Origin: Eledone cirrhosa
Taxonomy: Eukaryota
Reading direction: 5' to 3'
DNA length: 64,000 nt
Assembly: GCA_964016885.1 (NCBI GenBank)
Contig: OZ024741.1
Span: 216,628,001-216,692,000 of the forward strand
Part shown: positions 28,225 through 41,095 of the stretch, in pieces
How the letters are laid out: each line of letters begins with the position of its first letter
How positions within the stretch are numbered: the first letter of the stretch is position 1
Position numbers and translations under genes: made by a program
Notes under the pieces: model-generated
Seen by the model: only the letters and a program-made list of their open reading frames with translations
What the model was told of the DNA's origin: nothing
Databases searched by the model: none

Positions 28225-29567
28225 TATAGTATTAAGGATACTATTTATGGTTATGTATATACTAAAACCTTTTATAGTTATATATATTTTAAACCCTAAA
28301 CAGTGAAAGACAGTAATTTATTACTACCTTATTACCAGTAAGATAAATAGCTCAATGTAACAACATCAGTTGTTTTACAGAGCAGTTATATAGAAATTAC
28401 ATGAATCAAAGTTCTGTTTAAATCATTTATTTGCTTACAATTGTTTCTTCCAAACCGAGGTTTAAAGTCTTCGGAGCAATTTTTAATGATTTTTTACATA
28501 CTTGACCTCCTTTCCAACACAAGAGACATATAGAAACATATGTATATATTGATGCACAGTGGGTTGACATCCACTATAATAATATAGCATGGCAATTTAC
28601 ATACAAAGATTACAGTCATATTAAAGGACAAAATTAAAGTTAAAATTAAAATACAACATTGGCAGTTTACGAAGATAAAGCAAGAGGATAGTTTGAAGTA
28701 GCCAGTGTATGCAACAGTCACACGTGAGGCATGCACGCGTGTCCTATTTATACAAGATTACAGTGTGGCAGAGTGTTACATTTTTTTATATATACATGTA
28801 CGATATAGAAGCCTGTGTGTAGAGAAACACCAAAAATATTAAAAATACGATGTCAACTCTCGCAACAAAAACAACCTGCTCTATAGAATCGAATTAGAGA
28901 ACGACAAGCTGTGGTGTTCTAACATGGTTCATCAGGCACCCAATGTTGAATCATCGTCGATTGTGTGAGGGACATGTAGTCTATAAATTGCGTTTCCTGG
29001 ATTGTGAGAGTGGTGGTGTGTGCGAGGACCGTGGCGTTGTTTTGCTTCTCATTTTTAATATTTTTGGTGTTTCTCTACACACAGGCTTCTATATCGTACA
29101 TGTATATATAAAAAATGCTTTACCAGTACAGCCCCCATGATGCTCTTGATTGCCCGCTTAGACTGCTTGTATTACATGTAACACTCTTCCACACTGTAAT
29201 CTTGTATAAATAGGACACGCGTGCATGCCTCACGTGTGACTGTTGCATACACTGGCTACTTCAAACTATCCTCTTGCTTTATCTTCGTAAACTGCCAATG
29301 TTGTATTTTAATTTTAACTTTAATTTTGTCCTTTAATATGACTGTAATCTTTGTATGTAAATTGCCATGCTATATTATTATAATGGATGTCAACCCACTG
29401 TGGGTCAATATATACATATGTTTCTATATGTCTCTTGTGTTGGAAAGGAGGTCAAGTATGTAAAAAATCATTAAAAATTGCTCCGAAGACTTTAAACCTC
29501 GGTTTGGAAGAAACAATTGTAAGCAAATAAATGATTTAAACAGAACTTTGATTCATGTAATTTCTAT
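28225..29567. mobile_element. Non-coding Penelope-like pLTR with inverted partial copy; HHRs at 28432-28480 (-) and 29478-29526 (+)
   Basis: ~28390-28846 is inverted relative to ~29051-29567; homologous to 59250-60050; HHR TTGCT-CCGAAGA-...-GAAAC-AATT-GTA^AGCAA. Confidence 0.85.
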
Positions 29568-29568
29568 A

Positions 29569-29639
<71 letters not shown>

Positions 29640-30200
29640 AACACACACATACACACGCATACAGACACAAACATATATGGACACACGCACACACACACAC
29701 AAACATACATAGACAAAAACGCACACACATACACACATACACACATGCACACACATGGACACAAACACATATACATACACAGATACAAGCACACACACAT
29801 ACAAACACATACATACACACACACAAACACACAGACACAAAGACACAAACACATACATAGATACAAGCACACACACATACAAACACACATACACACAAAC
29901 ACACATAGAGACAAACACATATACATACACAGATACAAGCACACACACATACAAACACATACATACACACACACAAACACACATAGATACAAACACAAAC
30001 ACACAAACACATACATAGATACAAGCACACACACATACAAACACACATACACACACACAAACACACATAGACACAAACATATACATACACAGATACAAGC
30101 ACACACACATACAAACACACATACCCACACACACAAACACACATAGACATAAACACAAACACATACTCAGATACAAGCAAGCACATATACAAACAATACC
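29640..30200. repeat. Complex (AC)-rich microsatellite/minisatellite
   Basis: Direct reading; source of spurious CV/HT ORFs. Confidence 0.9.
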
Positions 30201-30271
30201 CAATACATATATTTGTTTTTAATTTTTTTTAATCATTTCTATCATTTTATTGTTTTATTGAATTATTATTT

Positions 30272-30295
30272 AATTTTTTTCCCCTTTTTCTTCAG
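30272..30295 (+). promoter_or_regulatory. Probable splice acceptor upstream of the GPCR coding exon
   Basis: Polypyrimidine tract TTTTTTTCCCCTTTTTCTTCAG ending at 30295, about 120 nt before the ATG. Confidence 0.65.
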
Positions 30296-30417
30296 AATGG
30301 TGAAACAAGTTCCGATGTGACACAGAACTGACTGAGAAGAATATATTTGACGGCTGCAAGAATTTTTATAGATTTTTTCTGTGAATTCTGTGGATTCCAT
30401 GAAGAAAAATATAAAAC

Positions 30418-31680
30418 ATGACATCGGATAGTGAATGTGATCTCCTATTTAACAATTCCACGGGCAACATTGCTAGTATCCACGAATTAAACAGCTTAAA
30501 AGTACGGGATTATATACCTGTCTTACTCTATATATCAATCGGTATTGTAATTGGCACCATAGGTAATGCTGCAGTTATTTATGTCTACAGTCGTAAAATG
30601 GAGCGAACGGGGACCAACAGATTCGTTGTGATGCTCGGAGCGTGTGATTTCTTAAGCTGTGTATTCTCAATGCCTATGGAGCTACTCAGAGTATCACAGC
30701 CACATATTTTCAGCGGGCAAGGAGCCTGTAAACTGTCTTTATTGATTACTTCTGCTATTGCTATCGATTCTGGTCTCATTATATTTGCTATTTCTATCGA
30801 TCGTTATCGGCGAATGTGTCGACCTTTTGACAGACAATTGACTCAAAGAATGGCCGAAATAGTCTCCATTGTACTTGTAGTTATTTCATTTATGTTGGCA
30901 TGGCCTTCGTGGTTAATATATGGCACCAGAAGAACTCCGACACAAAACAGTAAGATGTCTGGTGGTTGTGAATGTGGTATAGCACAATCATTGTTTGATA
31001 CGATATACCCACGCCTCTTTTACTACGCCCTTCTCATACTTTCAGTCACTTTATTTTCTGTCATCTTCTTACTATATTTCCTCATTGCTATCAAAGTGTG
31101 GAGACACAAAAACAAACGACTGGCTGCCGCTAGAAACCACACCGTCCAAGCTGCCATAGTCTCTTGCACTGCACCTACTAAAGCTTCAAGTAATTCATTG
31201 CCAGGCAGGAAAGTATTACCATATCTACCACCGCAAGAGAGCGAGATTTCAGTCGATTCTCGTCAAGTATTATCGAACAAAAGAACATCAAAACACGTAC
31301 GGATATTATCGAATCCGAATCAATCCCCATCGAAAGGAACGCTTCTTCGAGTAACAAGAACTTCTTCTATAATGGCTTTGATTGCCGTAACCTGGGTGCT
31401 TAGTTATATGCCCCATATTATTTTAGTGATGCTGGAGATTCACGTGAAAGGATTTCGAGAAATGTTGACACCATTACAGGACATATTCTTCCAGTTAGCT
31501 GTCCGTTCTTATCTCCTAAACAACGCAGTAAACCCCATCATATACGGTGTGTTCAATATGAGATTCCGGCGAGAAGTGAGACGAATAATTAGCTATATAC
31601 TCCCGCCCTGTGTTCGTCCGACCATCCCTAACACACAACCATCGAGTCAAATGTGCAGCCAACCATCATTGGACGATTAA
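30418..31680 (+). CDS. Rhodopsin-like (class A) GPCR, peptide-receptor-like orphan, 420 aa, single coding exon
   Basis: Intact ORF with 7 hydrophobic segments; TM1 GN, TM2 LGACD, TM3 Cys and DRY, TM4 WP, TM6 SYMP, TM7 NPIIY; N-terminal NNS glycosylation site; long ICL3. Confidence 0.95.
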   Translation: MTSDSECDLLFNNSTGNIASIHELNSLKVRDYIPVLLYISIGIVIGTIGNAAVIYVYSRKMERTGTNRFVVMLGACDFLSCVFSMPMELLRVSQPHIFSGQGACKLSLLITSAIAIDSGLIIFAISIDRYRRMCRPFDRQLTQRMAEIVSIVLVVISFMLAWPSWLIYGTRRTPTQNSKMSGGCECGIAQSLFDTIYPRLFYYALLILSVTLFSVIFLLYFLIAIKVWRHKNKRLAAARNHTVQAAIVSCTAPTKASSNSLPGRKVLPYLPPQESEISVDSRQVLSNKRTSKHVRILSNPNQSPSKGTLLRVTRTSSIMALIAVTWVLSYMPHIILVMLEIHVKGFREMLTPLQDIFFQLAVRSYLLNNAVNPIIYGVFNMRFRREVRRIISYILPPCVRPTIPNTQPSSQMCSQPSLDD

Positions 31681-31719
31681 AATTCCCTCATTCATAATGG
31701 TGTGATAGTCACTTACCCA

Positions 31720-31908
31720 CAGGGCTGTATAATTCATAGAGCCGACAAGGCTGAAGCCTAAGAGTCCTAAAACGACTTAGGGTTTGCCGTTCTTCTTACT
31801 TTTTTGTTGTTGTTTGCTGTATGTAGTGTGGTGAAAGATATTAAAGGGCCAGAGAAGCCGAAGTGTCCGAAACCCTAGGAATCCGGCCAACGTTTAATAT
31901 AGCCTTTG
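31720..31908. mobile_element. Possible small hAT-like MITE in the GPCR 3' region
   Basis: Imperfect termini CAGGGCTGTATAA / TTAATATAGCCTTTG; no TSD verified. Confidence 0.3.
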
Positions 31909-32039
31909 TTACCATAATCACCCTGTAAAAATGTATATATATATATATACATATATATACATACATATATATACTGTATATATACATATATATACATACA
32001 TATATATACTGTATATATATATATGATATATATATATAC

Positions 32040-32131
<92 letters not shown>

Positions 32132-32694
32132 TTGGGACACCTATAAATTATTCCACTGGTTCTTGACGGTCTTAGGTAAACTACGATTTTTCAAACCGTT
32201 TTACCAGGAATAATTAATGAGACCACATGGCAACACATGGCTCAATTCTATCACATTCATTGTCCAAACGAGTTTCAAACCTCACATGTGATACCATAAA
32301 TATCGGTGTGTGTGTGTGTATTATCATCAGAAATCTTCAGGGATATGTTTAATCTATAAACAGAACACCATCACAAAAACTATCGGCTAATATTTTTTTT
32401 TTATGTTAAAAAAAATCATAATTGCATGGCCTAAGATGTATTGAGATCATGAGATGGTTTTAACTTTAATGTCAAGGTTGTTTTAAACTTCATGGTTTCA
32501 ATAAATACATTTTAAAACATTTCATTATATGCAAAACAAAAGAACACACAATTCTGCTCCCAAAGCAACTAAATAACGTCACAAAAGAATCATCTTCACA
32601 CCTATTTATCCTCAAATAGACCACACAGTACAAATACATGTATATATATATGTATATATATATAAGTGTGTGTGTGTGTATGTGTGTGTGTGTG

Positions 32695-32737
<43 letters not shown>

Positions 32738-32894
32738 TGAAGGTGAAAACGCAACGATGAATAATTAAAGATTATTTCTTTCTTTAATAATTGAATGAAT
32801 AATTTCATAATTGTTGCATTAATTATAACCGGTTTTTATTGGTATAACAATCTTATCAAATAATAAATGTTTCTTACGTGTAGTCTGCGAGCAG

Positions 32895-33433
<539 letters not shown>

Positions 33434-33506
33434 ATTAAATAAATGGAAAACTATATTTATATATAGTTTTGCGAGATTTTTTATATGAAATCGTGTGTCG
33501 AAACAA

Positions 33507-33688
33507 ATATTGTTATACTTGGGGAGGGTCATATTTGTGTAATATTGCCAGAATTAATAACAGAACACACTCAGCGAACAGAACACACACAGACGCGAAA
33601 AGCGAAAACCAACCAAACAGTGAGTGTGTTCTGTTATTAATTCTGGCAATATTACACAAATATGACCCTCCCCAAGTATAACAATATA
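33507..33688. repeat. Inverted repeat with ~66-bp perfect arms and a ~46-bp spacer
   Basis: ATATTGTTATACTTGGGGAGGG... / ...CCCTCCCCAAGTATAACAATAT. Confidence 0.9.
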
Positions 33689-33723
33689 TATATATACATA
33701 TATATATATAAAATAAGGGTTGA

Positions 33724-33762
<39 letters not shown>

Positions 33763-34209
33763 TACGTGGAGAAGTATATAGAGAACAAACCGTTAAAACA
33801 TGTTTAATTAAAACAGCACCTACGTACGTTTCGCCCGAATCGGCTTCTCAAGGGCCTAAAAAACTAAAAAGCGTTGCTTACATTCTCATTTATATACTTC
33901 TCCACGTGCTTCTCCACTCTGCTTATTCTCTCGCCCACTAGATATTAACACTTCTAATATTTAACACTGCAGGCACAAGTATTGAGCACCTTTTGCATAC
34001 GCAATTGGCAAATAACTACATGTATCGCCTATCTCTCCTTCTCTCTCTCTCGATACTTAAATATTCTATATATATATATATATATGTGTGTGTGTGAATA
34101 TATATATATATATATATATACATATGTATACATATATATATATACATGTGTATATATATATATATATATATACATGTATATATATATATATATGTGTGTA
34201 TATATATAT

Positions 34210-34244
<35 letters not shown>

Positions 34245-34390
34245 AAGTAATAATTGTTTCTAAACAGCGAGCGAGTTTGAAATTATTATAAATGTAAGCT
34301 ATCGCCGTATTTTGACTAAACAAATTTAAGAAATTATTTAGCCTGATAGTGGGGTTAAGAACCCCCGGAGAAATGGAAAAAGATGAGTAT

Positions 34391-34462
34391 TGACGTACAT
34401 GGGAGTCGAACCCACATCTTTGGTTATCCAGACCACTGTGCTACCATTTACACCAACACATC
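34391..34462 (-). other. tRNA-like cloverleaf (GGA at anticodon position) inside a repeat unit; probably SINE head or pseudo-tRNA
   Basis: GATGTGT TG GTGT AAATGGTA GCAC A GTGGT CTGGATA ACCAA AGAT GTGGG TTCGACT CCCAT GTACGTC A; several G-U pairs and U at position 37. Confidence 0.55.
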
Positions 34463-34539
34463 ACCAACACATCATTCAAATTAGAAGCTATAATCAAATT
34501 AGAAGCTATAATCTTAGCAACTGTAATGTCAAGTAATAA

Positions 34540-34730
34540 TTGTTTCTACTTTTGGCACAAGGCCAGATATTATCCCAGTGCATTACTGGTACTTTATTTT
34601 ATCGACCCCGTAAGGATGAAAGGCAACATTTAACCTCGGCGGGATTTGAACTCAGATCATAAAGAGAGGTAACTCTATGCTTCAAAGCATGGCGCTCGAC
34701 CCTCTACCGATACTGCCAATTCACCGCCCT
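34540..34730 (-). mobile_element. tRNA-derived SINE
   Basis: Consensus, full length. Confidence 0.88.
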
Positions 34731-34897
34731 ACCGATAATAATATTTCCTAAAAAGCGAGCGAGTTTTCCATTTCTCCGGGGGTTCTTAACCCCACTATCA
34801 GGCTAAATAATTTCTTTAATTTCTTTAGTCAAAATACGGCGATAGCTTACATTTATAATAATTTCAAACTCGCTCGCTGTTTAGAAACAATTATTAC

Positions 34898-35085
34898 TGG
34901 ATTGGCAGTATCGGTAGAGGGTTGGACGCTATGCTTTGACGCACAGAGTTACGGCCCTTGCCATTCTGAGTTCGAATCCAGCCGAGGTTAACTTTGCCTT
35001 TCATCCTTACGGGGTCGATAAAATAAAGTACCAGTAATGGACTGGGATAATTGCTGGCCTTGTGCCAAAAAGTAGAAACAATTAT
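34898..35085 (+). mobile_element. tRNA-derived SINE
   Basis: Consensus, nearly full length. Confidence 0.88.
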
Positions 35086-35326
35086 TACTTGACATTACAG
35101 TTGCTAAGATTATAGCTTCTAATTCTATATATATAGAATGTGAGACCAATGTTCAATGGCTGTCGGAGATTTATTCCATCTCTGGGAAGGGGATGGAATA
35201 AAATCTGATATATATATATATACCAGATTATTATTCCATCCCCTTTTTTATTTATATATATATATATATATACCAGATTATTATTCCATCCCCTTTTTTA
35301 TTTATATATATATATACCTCCCCCCC

Positions 35327-35370
<44 letters not shown>

Positions 35371-35374
35371 TGAA

Positions 35375-35590
35375 GGCGTGTGGCTGAGTGGTTAGAGAAT
35401 TGGATTCGCTAGCGTAAGGTTGTGAGTTCGATTCCTGGACCAGGCGATGCGTTATGTCCTTGAGCAAGACACTTTATTTCACGTTGCTCCTTCTACCTGG
35501 AGTTGTGACCGATAGATAGTATTAGCAATTGGAAAGACCAACGGAAACATAATTCCCTCGGTCCGAATTGACGAAAGTCGATCGTTCCTC
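35375..35590 (+). mobile_element. CORE-type tRNA SINE
   Basis: A-box TGGCTGAGTGG, B-box GTTCGATTCC, CORE-like GTCCTTGAGCAAGACACTTTATTTCAC; second copy at 40189. Confidence 0.82.
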
Positions 35591-36249
35591 AATATATATA
35601 CTATCAAAATTAGATTAAAGAAGTCATGTCTGAGAATATCAGAAGCATGCGCCATACCACTTGTGGAATAAACTCAAAGATTCCAAGTAGTAAATCCGAG
35701 AATTTATATTAAATTAAAAATAAAAAGTTGAATGATATGAAACAATTACAGGGGATAATTTGTAAAGAGTGTAAACACACATAGTTATGGAGGTAACATA
35801 TTAAAAATTAACAAGAACCTTGAATATAGATACTTTGCAATAATGATTAATTTCCTTTGTAAATATTCCATTGAAGAAATATATTTCACCATTAATCAGT
35901 GAATCATAGATGTTAAATCTTAGATCATCAGCGAAGGAGAAGATTTAACTATCTAGGATTACACACTAAAGAAAAATCAAGGAAAATAATGACAAAAAGA
36001 ATATGTGGTTTAAAAAACACACATCGCGTCTCCGTGAAGCCAGTGGCGTGAATAGGGTGATCGACAGCTAGAAATAGTAGCCGAATCCTTTCAACATAAA
36101 TAGTTCTACTAACAAACTTAGTAGCAGAGCACTCAGTCGAGTTCATTTATTGTGTTAGGTAATTCCGAATGAAAAGCAAAGGAAAAAAGAGAGCTCTGTA
36201 TAGAACAGAGCTATTGAATTAGAAATTGAACAACACAAAATATAACTAC

Positions 36250-36315
36250 TCCATTACCAAAGGTTTCTGGATCACATCCGATAATAATATACGTCTGGAT
36301 CGGTCGTCAGACAGA
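36250..36315 (-). ncRNA. Type-I hammerhead ribozyme motif
   Basis: Minus strand TCTGT-CTGACGA-...-GAAAC-CTTTG-GTA^ATGGA. Confidence 0.65.
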
Positions 36316-36899
36316 CATGTTATGTTATCATTTATTAAACAGATTTACACAGGGAGATCTCGAATGGCGAATCGAGCGGCTAGAATAGTCTCCCGATTGG
36401 GGTAAGAGTGTGTCATATAGTCAAAAGAACAAAGGTATATAGAGGTATAACCTCCCTAAAAATCGAATTATGTTCTATGCTAGTCAGAAAGGAAGAAGTT
36501 AGATGCCTCAAAACATTATGACGTCAGACGGTCAATAGCTGCTCTGGTTGAAATGAGGCTAACTTCAGACCAGGCTAGAGAGTCAATAGTTAATCCCGTT
36601 GAAACGAGGCTAACGTGAGACCAGGCTAGACAAAATAACAAAAGCTAGGCGTTAATGTGTGATGGGGGTGCGTGTGTGGGTGTGTACACGGGTGCGTTTG
36701 TGTGTGTGCGTGCATGTGTATTATATAACACACGTTAACACACTCACAGACATATATATATATACACACACACACACATTGTATATATTTTTACATACAT
36801 ATATTGAAGAAATAACACAAACATACACATATACATGCATAGGTATATATATATAAATATATACATAAATACATACATACATACACACATAGATGCATA

Positions 36900-36940
<41 letters not shown>

Positions 36941-37469
36941 TTTGAGTATATGCTGGTTGTATACCAACACCTCAGTATGCAGATTGGAGCACTTGACGAA
37001 GTGCGCAGGTTGGTTTGGTTACTCCGGAGTAATGTGAAATAAAATAAAATAAATAAGTCAAATGTTTAAAATTATATATATATATATATATATATAATTT
37101 ATGTATCACATCTATATACCATATATATATATTTATATATAATGCATCATAAAACCATTTAACAAATTACCCACAAGGATGGCTATAAGCACGTTCTAGA
37201 CAATAACAAATAATACGAAGATTTGTAAATATTGTTAAGGAATTTTCATAAAGCATTATTTTACCTTGAACATTTTTTGTTAACCTTCAACATTTTTTGT
37301 AAATTTTGAACATTTATATGCATGCTCTCACCAATATGTACATTATTCATTATTCATGTATAAAAATAAAATGAAAAATGTATAAAAATAAAATGAAAAT
37401 TCTTGATATATTTTTCAAGCTATGAATAACAAAAATAATAAAATTAATAAACATAATGATTTCTAGTAT

Positions 37470-38040
37470 AGCACAAGGCAAGTCATTTTTTTTTTTTGGT
37501 GTGTGTGTGTGGGGGGGGGGGGGGGGCGGGATTAAATCGACCACAGTACGTTACTGGTGCTTTATTTTATCGACCCCGTAAGGATGAAAGGCAAAGTTAA
37601 CCTCGGCGGGATTTGCTCTCAGACCGTAAAGGGGCGTAATTCTATGCTACAAAGCATGGCGTCCGACCCTTTACCGATACTGCCAATCCATTAATCATAA
37701 TGGTTTCTGATTTAGGCAGAAAGCCAACAATTTTGAGAGAGGGGTAAGTCGAGTAAATCAACCTCATTTGTTTTATAATTAATGGGAATTTACAATTCAC
37801 GTTCATTTTACAGTGTGTTGTTAGCTGTGGTTAAGGGGAGGGAGTGCTTGACGCCGGATTGGCAATATCGGTAGAGGGTGGGACGCCAAGCTTTGACGCA
37901 TAGAGTTACGCCTCTTGCCATTCTGAGTTCAAATCCCGCCGAGGTTAACTTTGCATTTCATCCTTACGGGGTCGATAAAATAAAGTACCAGTAATGCACT
38001 GGGTAATTACTGGCCTTGTGCCAAAAGTAGAAACAATTAT
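37470..38040. mobile_element. Two SINE copies (37470-37690 -, 37856-38040 +)
   Basis: Consensus head, core and tail. Confidence 0.85.
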
Positions 38041-39840
38041 TACCATGAAAACTTTTCCGTGGTCCTTAAGTTGATTGATGGTGTTACTGACCAGCGCTTC
38101 TGCTGCCTTAACCCTTTCTGTCAGTATCCTAGGCACGACGTTTCTGTTTTGATGTGATTGTGGCGGCCAATAACCTATCCACATGCCTATCAACACAATT
38201 ATAAACTCATGTGCAGACAGGCTTTTAGAACAACATCAAACGCAGGTCTAGCTCCATATCAATACATTACAGGGCCTTACAAATGGATAACCTAATACGC
38301 TAGCTGAAGAGGGCTTGTCATGAATTGCGTCAGAGTATCATGACGTAACCTTACCAACAAAGAAATGCGTATTATTGGTAATTTCATTATAAAAGAAGTT
38401 ATGGAAATCTTGCCTTCGTATTGTATTATTAATGTATTTAACTTTGTTATGCGATACCACATAAAACATGTTATAGTACACATGACGTTGAGTGCTTTTT
38501 TCTTATTACACCACGTTTTCCTGATTGGAACGATACAATCACAGCCCCAGCTACCAATTAGGAAACACCTCATAACACAATTAGATATGTATATATATGT
38601 ACAAATATAGTATGCCTTCTTCATACAAAATACAATATTAGATGTATAAAATGTTATATAACATGCTCGTCTAATTCTAAACATACCCGTTTAGAATTGA
38701 TCGTATACGGTCTCTTTTATGAGTATGTCATATAACATTTTATACATCTAATATAGTATTATGTAAAAATATATATAGTTTCAAAAATGTCTTTATATAT
38801 ACAGATGAATAGAAAATCAAGGTACATATACTGATATTCAATGATTAATTTATTGAATACTGGAAAGTCTTGCACATGTTTCAATATGTTATGAAATTAA
38901 TATCATTATATAATCTATTATTCCACACTCCTTGATAGTACTCAACATATCTCTTCAAGGAAAACCCAAGAAAAAATATATGCAATAACCAAACAAAGCA
39001 GTGCAATGAAGAAATATATTAGTTTAATGCTTGATGTAGTAGGGAAAGTGTATTTACCTTTTCGGGCACTAGTCCTTCGTCAGGAGATAACATGAGAAAT
39101 AAAAGGTGAAATAGAAAGGGATTGAGAAGTGAAAGGAACGGAAACATTTTATTTCAGAAAAAGCACGTATGTATTCAGTCGGACATTTTGAAGGGAAAAA
39201 TATATAAATATAAATATAAATATAAATAGATATGTCATGGTATGGTCCCGTAACTCCTGGTGGATTCGAAGGGACACTGCATTTACATACGGCGTTCCTT
39301 GGGCGTTTTAAACCTGGCGGAGCCTATGCCTTTCCAGGCCTGAGTACAACAGATTTCTTCCAGAGAAGGATAGAAAGTGAAAGAGAGAAAATGAGAAAGA
39401 TATGTAGAGGAAGAATCAACCCCAGTACTAGACGGGCTGTTTTTTATCAACATCAAAAGGATGAAGAGTAAAGTAGACCTATATATTGAGTATCAGGAAG
39501 CAGCATTAAATTTGGGGGATTGGCAGAATCAGTAAAGCGTCGGACACCATGCTTCGTAGCATAGAGTTACGTCTCTTTACGATCTGAGTTCAGAAAGGGA
39601 ATATTGACCTCGGCAGGATTTGAACTCAGGGGGCAAAGCATTCTATACATATAAGTGTTGTTAATTCTCGTGTATTATTCATGTAAGATGATAAACGTAA
39701 AACGACCAAATCCCTTTAAGGTTACAACAAACTAAGAAACGTTTCATTGCTTTAATAGGCCCAATAGAATGGGGACACGTCACTATCGTATCCGCGTAAA
39801 CCGGCGGCAGAAAATTTATTAAAAGTAGTGTCCTTTTTTG

Positions 39841-39885
<45 letters not shown>

Positions 39886-40188
39886 AATTACTACTATTGT
39901 TGTGATTATTTTATACAGGTGAGATCATAAACTTGCACTTCATCCCCTGTCTAAAATTGACAAACTATGTGGGTGAGTAATTTCACAAATACCCTGTAAA
40001 CTAGTTCGAATTGCTCAAGACAAAGACGGTGTAGTTACGTGTGTATGTAAGCATACATTTATACACACACGTACATGTGCGCACACGTGTATGTATGCAT
40101 ACATTTATACACACATTATATACACACACATGTATGCATACATACATATGTATATGCGTGTGTATATATATATATATATATTGGTGAA

Positions 40189-40400
40189 GGCGTGTGGCTG
40201 AGTGGTTAGAGAATTGGATTCGCAATCGTGAGGTTGTGAGTTCGATTCCTGGACCAGGCGATGCGTTATGTCCTTGAGAAAGACACTTTATTTCACGTTG
40301 CTCCTTCTACCTGGAGTTGCGACCGATAGATAGTATTAGCAATTGGAAAGACCAACGGAAACATTGTTTCCTCAGTCCGATTTGACGAAAGTGGATCGCT
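40189..40400 (+). mobile_element. CORE-type tRNA SINE
   Basis: Closely similar to 35375-35590. Confidence 0.82.
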
Positions 40401-41095
40401 TAAAAAAAAAAATATATATATATATATATTGGAAAATGTGAGACCCTTGGTACAGTTATCTATATATATATATATATATATATACTCTCAAGCGTGAAAC
40501 TAATACTAATATCATTTGTACTGCCTTTTCGTTTTATATATATATATATACTCGGATTTCTTTCCTAGAGTGCTTAAAATTTATTTGTGACTAATCCCGA
40601 TCTTTTTTTTTTTTTAAACCGCAATAATATTGCTTTTGCTGAACTCCTTATATTGTAGAGTTTTTTTTCGGAATGTTTTTGACTGTTGTTTCATGTAAAC
40701 AGACATTCGTCTCTACATGTGCGTTTTTCTTCATAATTACACATGATGTTGAACTAGCCTGCTTTTAAATTCCCTTTTTGGCATATTATAAACAGTAGAC
40801 CTTTGGTTATCGTGTCTTTGAGCTCTGCTGATGATCCATTCCAACCGTGACCATCCCCACTGAAAGTTTCGTGAAATAGTCTTTTAAGACTATACAGAGC
40901 ATTGTAGTTTTTCCAAATTGAAGGATGAGTACTTTAAACTTTATTTTATTCTGAGTTAAGGCTCTATTGATTTTTCCCTGGATTTCACCAAATTCTGTGG
41001 ATGAATCTATATCCTGATTCTTTTTGAATTGAGTTTGAATTATTTTCCCACATCTTACGTTAACTATTTTTCCATTTTGACGTTATAGCCACTTA

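Noticed and set aside
28494-29463. Duplicated 80-aa ORFs on opposite strands as a small gene pair
   Set aside because: By-product of the inverted PLE pLTR; no recognisable domain
29536-30203. Cys/Val- and His/Thr-rich ORFs (also near 26000 and 63400, and the many YIYI ORFs)
   Set aside because: Translations of (CA)n, (TA)n and (TACA)n microsatellites
34391-34462. Functional tRNA-Ser(GGA) gene
   Set aside because: No long variable arm, U at position 37, weak acceptor and anticodon stems, and embedded in a repeat; kept only as tRNA-like
40640-41090. Possible coding exon on the minus strand
   Set aside because: Stops in the frames examined and no recognisable motif; cannot be supported
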